In this document: positions 9,018-18,557 of the stretch, piece after piece
Layout of the letters: each line of letters starts with the position of its first letter
Numbering within the stretch: the stretch's first letter is position 1
Assembly: GCA_041748925.1 (NCBI GenBank)
Contig: JBGTCI010000002.1
Span: 20,086 to 84,085 of the forward strand
DNA from: Nitrospiraceae bacterium
GTDB lineage: Bacteria; Nitrospirota; Nitrospiria; Nitrospirales; Nitrospiraceae
Direction of reading: 5' to 3'
Length of the DNA: 64,000 bases
The notes under the pieces: generated by a model
Databases searched by the model: none
Seen by the model: only the letters and a program-made list of their open reading frames with translations
Told to the model about the DNA's origin: nothing
Translations under genes and position numbers: made by a program

Positions 9018-10127
9018 TTAGTACAAGAACGATCTGGACGTCGCCCCTATCCCTTCCCCCTCCGCCACGACAACGGACACGCGTCCAATAATTCGGCCGT
9101 CTTCCGTTTCGACGTCCACACGCCAATCACCCGGATCTAGTCGTTGCTTGAACGTATAGGTGCGGTAGCCGCCTTCCCGGCCGCCGGAAATCTTGATCGG
9201 AATTTTGTCGGCATGAGTGAAGGGCTTGCCGCTGTTCGTTCTGAAGTACCAATGATGATAAATGGTCGTATTCAAATCGACCGGGGCAAAGACTGCCGTG
9301 AAGCAATAGATCGGCTCGTTGGCCGGGTAGAGGTCATCCGACCGTTTCCAGATTTGATACCACTCTCTCTCGTACGAGAGTTCGAACCGGTCGCCGGTCT
9401 TCTTCACCTCATGGTAGATCCCGCCGAACTTCAGCGAGAGCGGCACAGGCGGAATCCAGTTCAGGAAATAAAACCCAACGAGCAGTCCAATGAGTGTGAA
9501 GGCGGGAGCCGTGACCAGGACCACCTCACGCTTCGAATGATCCGGATTGTTGCGATAGACCAATTGGACCACGCGAAATGTCACGACCGCGCTTAGGACA
9601 GCTCCGACCAGAAAGATCGCCGCATTCATATACCCGGTCATGACCGGGAGAAAGAACGTGAAAAAAGCGAAGCACACCAATGCATAGAGGCTCACGAGGA
9701 GGCGCAGGCTGGAGAGCCGATCACGCAAAAATTCGTTACCGACCAGCAGCACGACCAACAGGGCAAAAAAAACTGCGGTGCTGGTGAGTGTGGCACTCCG
9801 GGAATAGAAAATCGCATACGCGCTGAACAGCCCCCCCAAGAGAAACTGCACGGCCATCGGGTAGAAGGGCCTCGCACGCAGCACCCAACGCACAAACGGT
9901 GAGAACGTGGCTAACTGTTCCCGCTCTGGCGCGGGCTCGCTCCCCAACCGCCCAGTCAGCACGATGAGCACACCCAAGAGGAGCAGATAGATCAACAACA
10001 AGAGGTTGTCCTGCAGTCGGTCGATACGCGTCAGCGTCAGAGTGTCATAGGTCACACCGGAGAAAAAGAACACCGGCGGCATGAAGGGCTTACCCAAAAT
10101 GGTTTTGAGCGTAGAGGAAGGAGACAT
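9018..10127 (-). CDS. Polytopic membrane protein with C-terminal DUF2914-like beta domain
   Basis: 369 aa with about 7 predicted TM helices, then a soluble C-terminal domain (YHHWYF...GGYRTYTFKQ...PGDWRVDV.TEDGR.IG). The DUF2914 assignment is from memory. Confidence 0.7.
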   Translation of the reverse strand: MSPSSTLKTILGKPFMPPVFFFSGVTYDTLTLTRIDRLQDNLLLLIYLLLLGVLIVLTGRLGSEPAPEREQLATFSPFVRWVLRARPFYPMAVQFLLGGLFSAYAIFYSRSATLTSTAVFFALLVVLLVGNEFLRDRLSSLRLLVSLYALVCFAFFTFFLPVMTGYMNAAIFLVGAVLSAVVTFRVVQLVYRNNPDHSKREVVLVTAPAFTLIGLLVGFYFLNWIPPVPLSLKFGGIYHEVKKTGDRFELSYEREWYQIWKRSDDLYPANEPIYCFTAVFAPVDLNTTIYHHWYFRTNSGKPFTHADKIPIKISGGREGGYRTYTFKQRLDPGDWRVDVETEDGRIIGRVSVVVAEGEGIGATSRSFLY

Positions 10128-10255
10128 GGAGTCTAAACTTCAGGATATTCGTAGGATTGTCAAACAAAGAGGAGAAAGCGGGCGGCGCAAAACGATCGTG
10201 TACCGAGACCCCCAATCCCCACGCGTGTAATGCAACAGGAGAATCGTCCCACGAA

Positions 10256-10484
10256 CGGCTCAAAACTATCATCCTTCTCACCCGCCCAACCCTGGCGCGC
10301 CGAGACGCGCCTTGTCCCAAGCAAGGCCGCAGGAGAGAAATAACCGGAGGCGTACCCTCTGGGGCGCACGGTGCGACGAATAAGGAGCACCACGTCTGTG
10401 CGCGCCACCGAGTCGGTGAGGCGGCCGGGTCCCCGTTGAGGATTATTTTGACCCGAGAACGAAGTTGGGGATAGTTTTCAGCCG
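10256..10484 (-). repeat. P125 element, copy I, with two nested insertions
   Basis: Termini CGGCTCAAAACTATC / GATAGTTTTCAGCCG. Conserved GGCCGCAG, GGAGGCGTACCC and GTTGAGGAT...GAGAACGAAG blocks. Carries the TTCTCACCCGCCCAACC module at about 10275-10312 and an extra insert in the apical loop. Ends 4 nt before stop 10489. Confidence 0.8.
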
Positions 10485-10488
10485 GGCG

Positions 10489-11550
10489 CTAGACGAAAGG
10501 AAGGAGCGGTGCATACACCACCGAACACCCAATCACCCGTTCCAACCAGGGAGCCATGAGATCTTCGTTCAGCGGGGCTCGGTTCAGACGGGCCTCAATG
10601 TGAAATCCAGCCTCGTTGCCGACGATCCCGATGATGGCGGAGGCATCCTCCGCATCTGGAAGCAATTCCCGTGTTTGAAACTCACAGAGGGTACTGTAGA
10701 GGCGGCCGTCAGGATTGATCACAGATCGAATCTCCGGCAAGTCGTCGAGCGGACAATGCACCGAACAGCGATAGACGGAGCGGGCGGTGGGTTCAAGCGC
10801 TTGAAAGTCGCCGAGCGCGTCCTCTGAGAAGCCCGTGAGGTAGGCACGGACGCTCGCTGGCCCCGGCGCAGAGGTCTCGGCCAATTTGCTGGCCGGCACC
10901 AGGAACTCGTAGGCGTCCGCCGTGTTGTATTCAAACTGACAGGGGCCAAAGGCATCAGGCCATGAGCAGAAGAAGGGCACGGAGGGATCGACAGGACGCA
11001 GCACTAACTGCAGCTTCTCGACCAATGTCTCGATAGGAAGCTCCAAGAGCGTGATCGCTTCGAGAAACGCCGTGCGCCGCTCCTCCAGCCACTGCACCCG
11101 CTCGGCATCGCCGCGCGTCTCGCCGGGGGTGATGACCTCTCTCGTTTGGAGCCGTACACGGATGAACGAATGGGCATGGCGAAATCCCAGCCAGAACATA
11201 CTGCGGGGATCGTGGAGCTGTAACGGATCGCGAATGCGCCAGGGATGGCTAATCGAGCAGTAGGTGCCCACATCCTGATAACGCTGATACACCGTGTGGT
11301 AGGCCCCGGCCAGGAGAAAAAAATCGCCCTGCCAACCCTCTCGGACGTGGATCAGGGTGACATCTTCCGTGGACCACGCGTCTAGCTGGTCAAAATCCTC
11401 AGGAGACTCGATTGTCCATTCTTCGACATAACAGATCACGTCCTTCGCAGGCACCGCCGGCTTCAACCCCAACGCAGCCAACCGTTCGCCCACGGCGAGC
11501 ACCTGACCGAAGGTCAGCGGGGTCGTCGTTTCCCAACGACGTTCACGCAC
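10489..11550 (-). CDS. Hypothetical protein
   Basis: 353-aa ORF with coding-like composition and no domain I recognise. Confidence 0.65.
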   Translation of the reverse strand: MRERRWETTTPLTFGQVLAVGERLAALGLKPAVPAKDVICYVEEWTIESPEDFDQLDAWSTEDVTLIHVREGWQGDFFLLAGAYHTVYQRYQDVGTYCSISHPWRIRDPLQLHDPRSMFWLGFRHAHSFIRVRLQTREVITPGETRGDAERVQWLEERRTAFLEAITLLELPIETLVEKLQLVLRPVDPSVPFFCSWPDAFGPCQFEYNTADAYEFLVPASKLAETSAPGPASVRAYLTGFSEDALGDFQALEPTARSVYRCSVHCPLDDLPEIRSVINPDGRLYSTLCEFQTRELLPDAEDASAIIGIVGNEAGFHIEARLNRAPLNEDLMAPWLERVIGCSVVYAPLLPFV

Positions 11551-11576
11551 CGTGGATCATCTCTTCCCCCGGCCTT

Positions 11577-12260
11577 TCAACGTGCCGGTCTCAACGCCTT
11601 GTGTTCGATCATTGTTTCGGCAAGATACCGATCAATACCGTCCTTCAGGGTCTCCACCAGTAACTGTTGCACATCGTCTTCGCTGAACCAGACCACGGTA
11701 TCACGTTGTGCGCCCTCGACACCTCTAGTCGTCGAGCTCCGGTCGCCGATATTCTTCGCGACGAGCACCAGCTTGCTGCTCGTGGTCACCACTGTCGAAA
11801 AAAGTCGACTCTTGGCATTGGCTGAAAAATCGAGCACCTGTCCGCTGATGACGATGTCGGCATCGTTCAGATTCGTCGAGGCCCCGCTGGACGCCACCCG
11901 CACCGTCCAGGGTCGATCCTTCCATCCGCGCGTTGCCAGACGATCGGCGAGGGCCTGGGCGATCACGTCTCCTGTCCGCTCACCCGCCACGTTGAAGTAG
12001 GTCACCCCGCCCCACAAATGGGTCCGCAGACCGACTCGATTTCTTTCCAGTCGCCGATCCTCGAAGGGCTCAATGACGATCTTGACCGATTCCGGCTCCA
12101 CGAATTGCGCTGCGGCTTGTTTCTGTTGAAGATTAAGATAGACCGTTTTCCCGGTCCCTCCGCAACCCGCTCCCATCAGCAGACTCGCTGTAAGCACGAT
12201 ACCGACGCCCAGCCGCCCCATAGTCTGTTTCACAATACAACCCTCCTTGAATTTGGCCAC
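11577..12260 (-). CDS. Putative lipoprotein (hypothetical)
   Basis: 227 aa with a signal peptide and lipobox (LLMGAG-C-GG). The start may be Met14 (12221). Confidence 0.7.
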   Translation of the reverse strand: MAKFKEGCIVKQTMGRLGVGIVLTASLLMGAGCGGTGKTVYLNLQQKQAAAQFVEPESVKIVIEPFEDRRLERNRVGLRTHLWGGVTYFNVAGERTGDVIAQALADRLATRGWKDRPWTVRVASSGASTNLNDADIVISGQVLDFSANAKSRLFSTVVTTSSKLVLVAKNIGDRSSTTRGVEGAQRDTVVWFSEDDVQQLLVETLKDGIDRYLAETMIEHKALRPAR

Positions 12261-12410
12261 TCCACTGATGAAGCGAGCCCAGTGTACCCAAGATATAGGT
12301 CAGAGACAAATACTGAGGTCGGCAGAGACTGGTGCGGAACTCCATTGACCAAACGATAGAATGGAGGCTAATATCCCTCCGCAAAATCTACCCAACCCCT
12401 AGGAGGACGT

Positions 12411-12710
12411 ATGGCTGAAACCCCTGATGTCTATGCCGACCAATTTCAGCTCAATCTGGGGCCGCTTGGGTGCACGCTGAATTTTCAAGTCTCTGGAGCA
12501 AATCCAGTGGCTCCAGGTACTCCTCCACCCATTGAACGTGTTGCCACTATTCGACTGAGCCTTCAGCATTTAAAGGCCATGGCGTTCATTCTGCATAAAC
12601 AAATCGTGGGGTATGAAGCCCAAGCTCAGGTGTCCACTGCTCTTCCGATCGATGTGCTTCGGGTGCTGCAAATTCGGCAAGAGGATTGGGAAGCATTCTG
12701 GCGTCCATAG
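12411..12710 (+). CDS. DUF3467-like small protein
   Basis: 99 aa with AGGAGGA 6 nt upstream. The VYADQFQLNLGPLGCTLNF ... LKAMAFILHKQIVGYE pattern resembles DUF3467 from memory. Confidence 0.6.
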   Translation: MAETPDVYADQFQLNLGPLGCTLNFQVSGANPVAPGTPPPIERVATIRLSLQHLKAMAFILHKQIVGYEAQAQVSTALPIDVLRVLQIRQEDWEAFWRP

Positions 12711-12782
12711 TCCCTGTTATCGAAGTTTCAAAAATCTGGAGTTCAAACCTCGATCCCTCTCCCGTCTCGCATAGCATTCCTG

Positions 12783-13403
12783 CTAGCGGGTGACGATCGG
12801 AAGAATGGCCCGAAAGGTCTCGAGGCTGAATTCCGGCATCTGACCCGATTGAATCCGCGGATCGGTGAACGGCAGGAAGCGCACAATCTTCAAGAAGGTC
12901 CGTTCAGCTAAGACGGCGGCGATCTGCGCCTTGCGATCGTGGGTGATCGGTAACGTGTACCCCTCGCCACGCTTCCATTCCCACAACGTCGGCGCCAACG
13001 ACAGTTCCAGCCCCTGCCCGGCAAGCTGATGAAACCGGTTCACGATCCGTACTTTGTGCTGCTTGATCCCCTCCCCCTCCAAGAGTAAGGCGCATACGAC
13101 GTGGTGGCCCCACCAAAAGAGCGTCCGAAAGGTAAAGATGTTCGAGTCGTGGAAGTGTTTGGGGAAGTCTAGATATTGGTAGGGAAAGAATTCGAGAGAC
13201 TCTCCCTTCACAAATTGGCGGTTGGTTGGATCGAAATCCGGCGGAGTTGCAAGCGATGCCGACGCCACTTCCTCTTTTAACGTAGCATGCGTGGCCTCGA
13301 GCAGCCGGCGCACCTTCGCCATGATCTGCGCCTTGGCGAGAAAGAAGTGTTGGTCGGCCATTAAGGCCGCTTCTTCGTTAGTAAACTGTGATGGCGAAAT
13401 CAT
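12783..13403 (-). CDS. Hypothetical protein
   Basis: 206-aa ORF with no recognised domain. Confidence 0.6.
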   Translation of the reverse strand: MISPSQFTNEEAALMADQHFFLAKAQIMAKVRRLLEATHATLKEEVASASLATPPDFDPTNRQFVKGESLEFFPYQYLDFPKHFHDSNIFTFRTLFWWGHHVVCALLLEGEGIKQHKVRIVNRFHQLAGQGLELSLAPTLWEWKRGEGYTLPITHDRKAQIAAVLAERTFLKIVRFLPFTDPRIQSGQMPEFSLETFRAILPIVTR

Positions 13404-13437
13404 GATTCGGCTGGATGGCCGGCTCGAACGGCGCTAA

Positions 13438-13806
13438 CTATTTCTGATGCGTTTCGAACTGGGAGACCGTCAGGTCGTACTGCGCCCGGCATTCCGCACA
13501 GCGGACCCATACGGCATCTTGGAACACATCCATCTCTCGAAGCGACAAGGCTGGAGCATGGATACCCATACAGGTCTTGAGCGCCGCGAGTCCATCCGGC
13601 TGCGCAGGATCCGGTTTAGGCATAGAGGAGTCCCCTGTCGATACTTGCCTGGTCACCGCATTGGTGGTCACTCGATGCACCATGCGGCATGAACTGCAGG
13701 TCAGCACCACAATGCGTTCCGGCTCGACGCGCTTGACCGTCAGACAGAGCGGGTGTACCGACCAACATTGTTGAAGGAATGCTCCGCTGCGGATAATCTC
13801 AGCCAT
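13438..13806 (-). CDS. Hypothetical Cys-rich protein
   Basis: 122 aa with CSSC near the N-terminal half and CAEC near the C-terminus, a possible split zinc ribbon. Confidence 0.5.
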   Translation of the reverse strand: MAEIIRSGAFLQQCWSVHPLCLTVKRVEPERIVVLTCSSCRMVHRVTTNAVTRQVSTGDSSMPKPDPAQPDGLAALKTCMGIHAPALSLREMDVFQDAVWVRCAECRAQYDLTVSQFETHQK

Positions 13807-13828
13807 CGACCGTCCTCACACCGAAATA

Positions 13829-13963
13829 GGTTGTCTGTCTGGTCCATCTGGTCTGTCTGGTTTCTCTGATTACTTCGTCGAGTTAGTCTGGTTTAATCCG
13901 ATAAACTACCCAATTAAACGAGATAGACCAGATAGACCGAACAGACCAGATAGACCAAATAAA
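13829..13963. repeat. N9 nonamer-arm hairpin, copy 2
   Basis: Left arm GGTTGTCTGTCTGGTCCATCTGGTCTGTCTGG, about 55 nt of central sequence, right arm AGATAGACCAGATAGACCGAACAGACCAGATAGACC. Right end lies 9 nt from stop 13973 (minus-strand gene). Confidence 0.85.
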
Positions 13964-13972
13964 CACGCCTGC

Positions 13973-14308
13973 CTAGATCGCCCAAAGGGCAACCATCACC
14001 AACGCGCCGATTACATAAGGAAGCGCGCATGAATAGAGCAGCGCCGACCACGCGCGGCCCGGTGCCGCATTGCGCGACAATTGTTCCTTGTAGACGAATT
14101 CACGGGAGAGAATCAGCACCGTGAGCGTCAAGGCCAACGTCCGACTTGTCTGCGACCAGGTGTAGGAGCCGCCGATGATGTAATTCGCTGTGAAAAATCC
14201 AGTGAAGAGGAGAATCAGTGGTGCCAGAACGAACCGGACTGACTCGGAAAAGAAGGTGTGCCAACCAAGACGGGCTTCCACCGGGCTTGATTGTGAATGG
14301 GGAGTCAC
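13973..14308 (-). CDS. Small membrane protein (hypothetical)
   Basis: Three predicted TM helices. I place the start at GTG 14308, which overlaps the upstream TGA (GTGA), rather than at the track's ATG 14386. Confidence 0.5.
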   Translation of the reverse strand: MTPHSQSSPVEARLGWHTFFSESVRFVLAPLILLFTGFFTANYIIGGSYTWSQTSRTLALTLTVLILSREFVYKEQLSRNAAPGRAWSALLYSCALPYVIGALVMVALWAI

Positions 14309-14592
14309 GACCCGACAGCCACCGGAATCGCTGTCTTCGGCGACGATGAAGGAGTGCCCCCTTCGGCAGTACGGCAGATCTTGCACACACGAGGGCGGGC
14401 TTTTAAGAAGGAGACTTTGCCGCTGGCCAGGCAGCTATAATGGACAAACTCCTCGCATAAGGCGCAACGGGACCACCCGCCAGTGAACATCGTCTTGTTA
14501 CGGTAGAGCCCTTCCTTGCAGACTGGGCAAATCCGGGGATCAATCCCCAACAGCATCGGCTCCCAGGTTCCGCCGGCTTTTCTAATACTCAT
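14305..14592 (-). CDS. Multi-CxxC zinc-ribbon protein (hypothetical)
   Basis: Start taken at MSIRK (ATG 14592). Contains CPVC, CALC and CKIC motifs. The track's N-terminal extension runs through repeat sequence. TATACT lies 7 nt upstream of the ATG. Confidence 0.55.
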   Translation of the reverse strand: MSIRKAGGTWEPMLLGIDPRICPVCKEGLYRNKTMFTGGWSRCALCEEFVHYSCLASGKVSFLKARPRVCKICRTAEGGTPSSSPKTAIPVAVGS

Positions 14593-14606
14593 GCATGGGA
14601 GTATAG

Positions 14607-14672
14607 CGAAGGCGCGAGGCGCGAGGCAAGGGGCGATGGGAGACGTGAGGCGTAAGGCGGTGGGATAGGGGT
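14607..14672. repeat. 7-nt-periodic G-rich tract
   Basis: GAAGGCG CGAGGCG CGAGGCA AGGGGCG ATGGGAG ACGTGAG GCGTAAG GCGGTGG GATAGGG. No complementary arm nearby. Confidence 0.6.
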
Positions 14673-14717
14673 GGTCAAGGCTGCCCTTCACTGCGCGCAT
14701 CGATCGATATACACGTT

Positions 14718-14843
14718 CCCTCCAAGCTTGCTCGTTTTTTCTCTAGGGATGGGGGCTGATTGATCTTCTACTGCGCGCGTCCAACGAGGGCCTTCCGAGG
14801 CCGCGCGTTGCGCGAGCACAGAAGATCATCAGGCTCCATCCCC
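14718..14843. repeat. T-family GC-rich palindromic element, copy T1
   Basis: About 125 nt, homologous to 52990-53114. GGGATGGGGGCTGATTGATCTTCTACTGCGCGCG pairs with CGCGCGTTGCGCGAGCACAGAAGATCATCAGGCTCCATCCCC. Apical GGCCTTCCGAGGCC. A half-copy of T3 lies at 14673-14704. Confidence 0.85.
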
Positions 14844-14851
14844 CGCTCTGT

Positions 14852-14880
14852 TTGACAGCCTCCAGACCATTTGTTACGCT
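14852..14880 (+). promoter_or_regulatory. Sigma70-like promoter upstream of ispA
   Basis: TTGACA, 17-nt spacer, TACGCT, with TG at the extended -10 position (TGtTACGCT). Lies 45 nt upstream of ATG 14925. Confidence 0.45.
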
Positions 14881-14924
14881 CCGCGCCGATTCCTGGCCTG
14901 TTGCGATAACCCCGGCCTCACCCC

Positions 14925-15815
14925 ATGAACATTAAGGACTACCTCGAACAGAAGCGGGACGATGTGGATCGGTTCCTCGATTCTGTCATGCCCAGCACCA
15001 CCACGCCTCCTACCACGCTTCACGAAAGCATACGGTATAGTCTCATGGCGGGAGGGAAGCGAGTCCGCCCGATCCTGGCCATCGCCGCGGCAGAAGCGGT
15101 GGGGCAGCCCGCGCCGGGGTTGATGCCGATCGCCTGTTCGCTCGAACTGATCCACACCTACTCCTTGATTCACGATGACTTGCCCGCGATGGATAACGAC
15201 GATTTCCGTCGCGGAAGGCCGACAAATCACAAGGTCTACGGCGACGCGATGGCGATCCTGGCCGGCGACGCCTTGCTGACGATGGCATTCGATCTGTGCA
15301 CCCGCCCAGACCTGATGAAAGGCTGCGACCCGGCACGCCAAGTGCGGCTGATTCAAGAACTGGCGTACGGCTCAGGGAATGTGGGGATGGTGGGCGGTCA
15401 GGTTCTCGATATCCAGGCTGAACATAAAGACATCGATCTCGCGACGCTCCAGAACATCCACAAGCATAAGACCGGCATGTTGATCCGCGCAGCGGTGCGA
15501 ATGGGCGCCATTGCCGGGGGCGCACAGGATCGCCAACTGGACGACCTCACGAGTTATGCCCAGGATGTCGGACTGGCTTTTCAGATTGCGGATGACGTGC
15601 TCAACGTGACCGGAACGCGCGAGGAACTGGGCAAGAATCCCAATACCGACGCGGAGCGAGGGAAAAAAACCTACCCGACATTCTACGGAGCCGAGGGAGC
15701 CAGAAAACTGGCGGACGATTGTGTGGCCCGCGCGATCGCACGACTCTCCTCGTTCGGTCCGGCCGCCGACCCGCTCTGTGAGCTGGCCCGCTACATCACG
15801 TCGCGGAAGAACTGA
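14925..15815 (+). CDS. ispA: Polyprenyl (farnesyl/geranylgeranyl) diphosphate synthase
   Basis: 296 aa. First Asp-rich motif LIHTYSLIHDDLPAMDNDDFRRGRPTNH, with the same YSLIHDD context as E. coli IspA. Second motif FQIADDVLN. Confidence 0.85.
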   Translation: MNIKDYLEQKRDDVDRFLDSVMPSTTTPPTTLHESIRYSLMAGGKRVRPILAIAAAEAVGQPAPGLMPIACSLELIHTYSLIHDDLPAMDNDDFRRGRPTNHKVYGDAMAILAGDALLTMAFDLCTRPDLMKGCDPARQVRLIQELAYGSGNVGMVGGQVLDIQAEHKDIDLATLQNIHKHKTGMLIRAAVRMGAIAGGAQDRQLDDLTSYAQDVGLAFQIADDVLNVTGTREELGKNPNTDAERGKKTYPTFYGAEGARKLADDCVARAIARLSSFGPAADPLCELARYITSRKN

Positions 15816-15822
15816 TCGTCGT

Positions 15823-15921
15823 TCGTGAAACGTATCTCGTGAAGCGCATGATCGCTCATCTTGACAACCAATCCCAATCCCAACGTTTCACGCTTCACGT
15901 TTCACGCTTCACGTCTTCATC
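15823..15921 (+). repeat. Heptamer-arm hairpin (GTGAAA/TTTCAC type) between ispA and the HpnA-like gene
   Basis: Left arm CGTGAAACGTATCTCGTGAAGCG. Right arm CGTTTCACGCTTCACGTTTCACGCTTCACG, followed by TCTTCATC, which directly abuts ATG 15922. Confidence 0.75.
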
Positions 15922-16905
15922 ATGAAGGTCCTCGTCACTGGCGCAACCGGATTTGTCGGCGGTGCGGTGGTACGCGCGCTGGTCCACCGCGGCATCGACG
16001 TCCGCGTTCTGGCCCGTGCCGGAGCAGACCTCCGGAATCTTGAAGGACTGACCGTCGAACGGGTCGAAGGCGATCTGCGCGATCAAACCTCGTTGCGCAA
16101 ATCGCTCGCCGGCTGCCGACAGCTCTACCATATCGCGGCGCACTATGCGCTCTGGGCCAAAGATCCGGCGATCTTTTATGACGTCAACGTTACCGGCACA
16201 AAGAATCTCCTGGAAGCGGCCCGCGAGGCCGGCACCGAACGGATCGTCTACTGCAGCACCATTGGCGCGATCGGCCTTCCGCCCGGCGGAGGGCTCGGCA
16301 CGGAAGAAACGCCCGTCTCACTCGAACAGATGGCCGGCCACTACAAACGGTCAAAGTACCTGGCCGAGCAAGAAGTCTTCACGCTCGCAAAGGCAGGGCT
16401 GCCGGTCGTCATCGTGAACCCCAGTGCCCCGGTCGGCGCCAGCGACGTGAAACCGACCCCGACGGGGCAGGTCATCGTAGATTTCATGAAGGGCCGCATG
16501 CCGGCCTATATCGAAACCGGGATGAACATCGTGGACGTGGATGACGTCGCCGCCGGCCATCTGCTCGCGATGGAGAAGGGCCGGATCGGCGAGCGATACA
16601 TCCTGGGGAATAAGAACTTGATGTTGCGCGAAGTGTTTGAGATCTTGAGCCGCCTGACCGGCATCAACGCGCCCTCGATCAAGTTGCCGCGATTGGCAAT
16701 TTTGCCTCTGGCCTATCTCAATCTCTGTATGGCGAACATCACAGGGCACCCACCGCGTATTCCACTGGAAGGGGTGAAAATGGCCAAATACAAGATGCAC
16801 TATGATTGCAGCAAAGCGATCAGAGAGCTCGGCATCCCACAAACACCGCCGGAAGTGGCGTTAGAGAAAGCGGTGAGGTGGTTCCGAGATCATGGCTATG
16901 CATAA
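15922..16905 (+). CDS. NAD-dependent epimerase/dehydratase, HpnA-like (hopanoid-associated sugar epimerase family)
   Basis: 327 aa. Rossmann motif VTGATGFVGGAVV. Overall resemblance to the HpnA family (LRNLEGL.VE.VEGDL.D..SL, Y..SK catalytic pair) from memory. Confidence 0.7.
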   Translation: MKVLVTGATGFVGGAVVRALVHRGIDVRVLARAGADLRNLEGLTVERVEGDLRDQTSLRKSLAGCRQLYHIAAHYALWAKDPAIFYDVNVTGTKNLLEAAREAGTERIVYCSTIGAIGLPPGGGLGTEETPVSLEQMAGHYKRSKYLAEQEVFTLAKAGLPVVIVNPSAPVGASDVKPTPTGQVIVDFMKGRMPAYIETGMNIVDVDDVAAGHLLAMEKGRIGERYILGNKNLMLREVFEILSRLTGINAPSIKLPRLAILPLAYLNLCMANITGHPPRIPLEGVKMAKYKMHYDCSKAIRELGIPQTPPEVALEKAVRWFRDHGYA

Positions 16906-16940
16906 CTGCCGGTCATTCGACGAGTTGTGTGTTTTGAATT

Positions 16941-17780
16941 GTGAGTGTTGAGTTTTCGTCAACTCAATTGATGGATACGCTTGCCCTATTCTTAAAAACG
17001 ATTTTGTTCCGTCCCTACGTCTTCGTCTTCCTTGCAGCCTTTCTCTTCGCCGCGATCATGCTGATCGGCTGGCCGCGAACTTGGCGCTTCTGGCTGATTA
17101 GCTGGGCCACGGCTTTCGTCTGCGAATTTTCGTCTACGCGCAACGGCATTCCCTTCGGGTGGTACCACTACAATGGTTCGACCGTGGGCCAGGAACTCTA
17201 CTTCTCCAACGTCCCATTCATGGACTCGATCTCGTTCAGTTTTCTGCTGTATGCCGCCTACTGCGTCGCCCTCTGTCTCCTTCTTCCAATCAAGGGATCA
17301 TCTGCTTCCACTCAGCCGATGCTCACACCGCTGCATCTTCATGTGGGCGCGCGAACGAATTGGTCTGTGCTCTTCCTGACAGCCTTCTTGTTTGCCTTTA
17401 TCGATATGGTGATCGATCCCGTCGCACTACGTGGCGACCGCTGGTTCTTGGGGAAGATTTACTATTATCCCGACCCGGGCCTTCACTTCGGCGTGCCGTT
17501 GGCCAACTACGTCGGGTGGGCGGTCGTGGGACTCATTTCTCTCGCTATCTACTTCCCGCTCGAACGCCGACTGCCCGCGCTCTCGCTGCCTCCTTCGGTC
17601 ACGCCTCGACTTCTGTTAGGTGTCGGCCTTTACTATGGCGTCCTGGTCTTTAACCTGAGCGTCACGTTTTGGATCGGCGAATCGTTCATGGGAATGAGCG
17701 GTCTGCTGATGCACCTCCCCGTCATCGCGCTGCTGATGTTTCGCGTTGCACGACCATGTGTCATCTCCCACTCGGGCTAA
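16941..17780 (+). CDS. Polytopic membrane protein, carotenoid-biosynthesis-protein (DUF422)-like
   Basis: 279 aa with about 7 TM helices. GTG start, with an alternative ATG at 16971. The family call is tentative and rests on motifs (GWYHY, ANYVGWAVVG) and isoprenoid gene neighbours. Confidence 0.6.
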   Translation: MSVEFSSTQLMDTLALFLKTILFRPYVFVFLAAFLFAAIMLIGWPRTWRFWLISWATAFVCEFSSTRNGIPFGWYHYNGSTVGQELYFSNVPFMDSISFSFLLYAAYCVALCLLLPIKGSSASTQPMLTPLHLHVGARTNWSVLFLTAFLFAFIDMVIDPVALRGDRWFLGKIYYYPDPGLHFGVPLANYVGWAVVGLISLAIYFPLERRLPALSLPPSVTPRLLLGVGLYYGVLVFNLSVTFWIGESFMGMSGLLMHLPVIALLMFRVARPCVISHSG

Positions 17781-17827
17781 CCCGGTGGCAATCGGATAAG
17801 AGACTTTGTATAGTCATAGCAGTAGTT

Positions 17828-18448
17828 ATGGTAACGAAACTGATCATCTTCATCGCCGTGGTTGGCCTCGGGTTTGTCGGCGCCATCGGATGGATCGGGT
17901 ATCAATTGTTCGCGACCGGATTTAGCGCCAAAACCGAGCCGCATGCATTAGAGGTCTTGGCCGCGCGGCAAATTCGCCGTTTGGCTATCCCGCTCGAACA
18001 GCGAAACGCGCAGAATCCCATCCCGTTGAGCCCTGCCGTGATCAAGGAGGCGCTGGCGCATTTCGCCGACCACTGCGCGCTATGCCATGCGAACGACGGG
18101 AGCGGAGAGACGCCCATCGGCAAAAACGTCAACCCCAAAGCCCTTGACCTGCGGTTACCCGACATCCAATCGATGTCGGATGGTGAGATGTTCTGGATCA
18201 TCCACAACGGTATCCGTTTTACCGCGATGCCGGCCTGGGGAAAGGGTGATCCAGCTGAGGACAAGGACAGCTGGAAGCTGGTCCACTTCATTCGCCATCT
18301 CCCACAACTGACGCCGGAGGAGCTCGAGCAGATGAAGACGTTCAATCCCAAAACGAAGCACGACCTGGAAGAAGAAGCCGCCTTCGGACAATTCCTGCAG
18401 GGAGACGATGGGGCGGCGGCACGGACTGAGACCGGCCATCGTCACTAG
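17828..18448 (+). CDS. Membrane-anchored c-type cytochrome
   Basis: Start moved to ATG 17828 because the track start overlaps the previous gene. N-terminal TM helix, one CxxCH heme motif (CALCH), and a distal Met candidate (FTAMPAWG). Confidence 0.8.
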   Translation: MVTKLIIFIAVVGLGFVGAIGWIGYQLFATGFSAKTEPHALEVLAARQIRRLAIPLEQRNAQNPIPLSPAVIKEALAHFADHCALCHANDGSGETPIGKNVNPKALDLRLPDIQSMSDGEMFWIIHNGIRFTAMPAWGKGDPAEDKDSWKLVHFIRHLPQLTPEELEQMKTFNPKTKHDLEEEAAFGQFLQGDDGAAARTETGHRH

Positions 18449-18528
18449 TCTGGTTTATTTTGTTTATCTGGCTTGTTTGGTTCATCTCGTTAATCTTCCA
18501 ACGAAACAAACCAACCAAACCAACAACG
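18449..18528. repeat. N9-type hairpin, copy 3 (GGTTTRT variant)
   Basis: Starts the nucleotide after the cytochrome c stop. Left arm GGTTTATTTTGTTTATCTGGCTTGTTTGGTTCATCTCGTT. Right arm AACGAAACAAACCAACCAAACCAACAACG. Confidence 0.8.
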
Positions 18529-18557
18529 ATCTTCATATACAGGAAAGAGGATTCACC

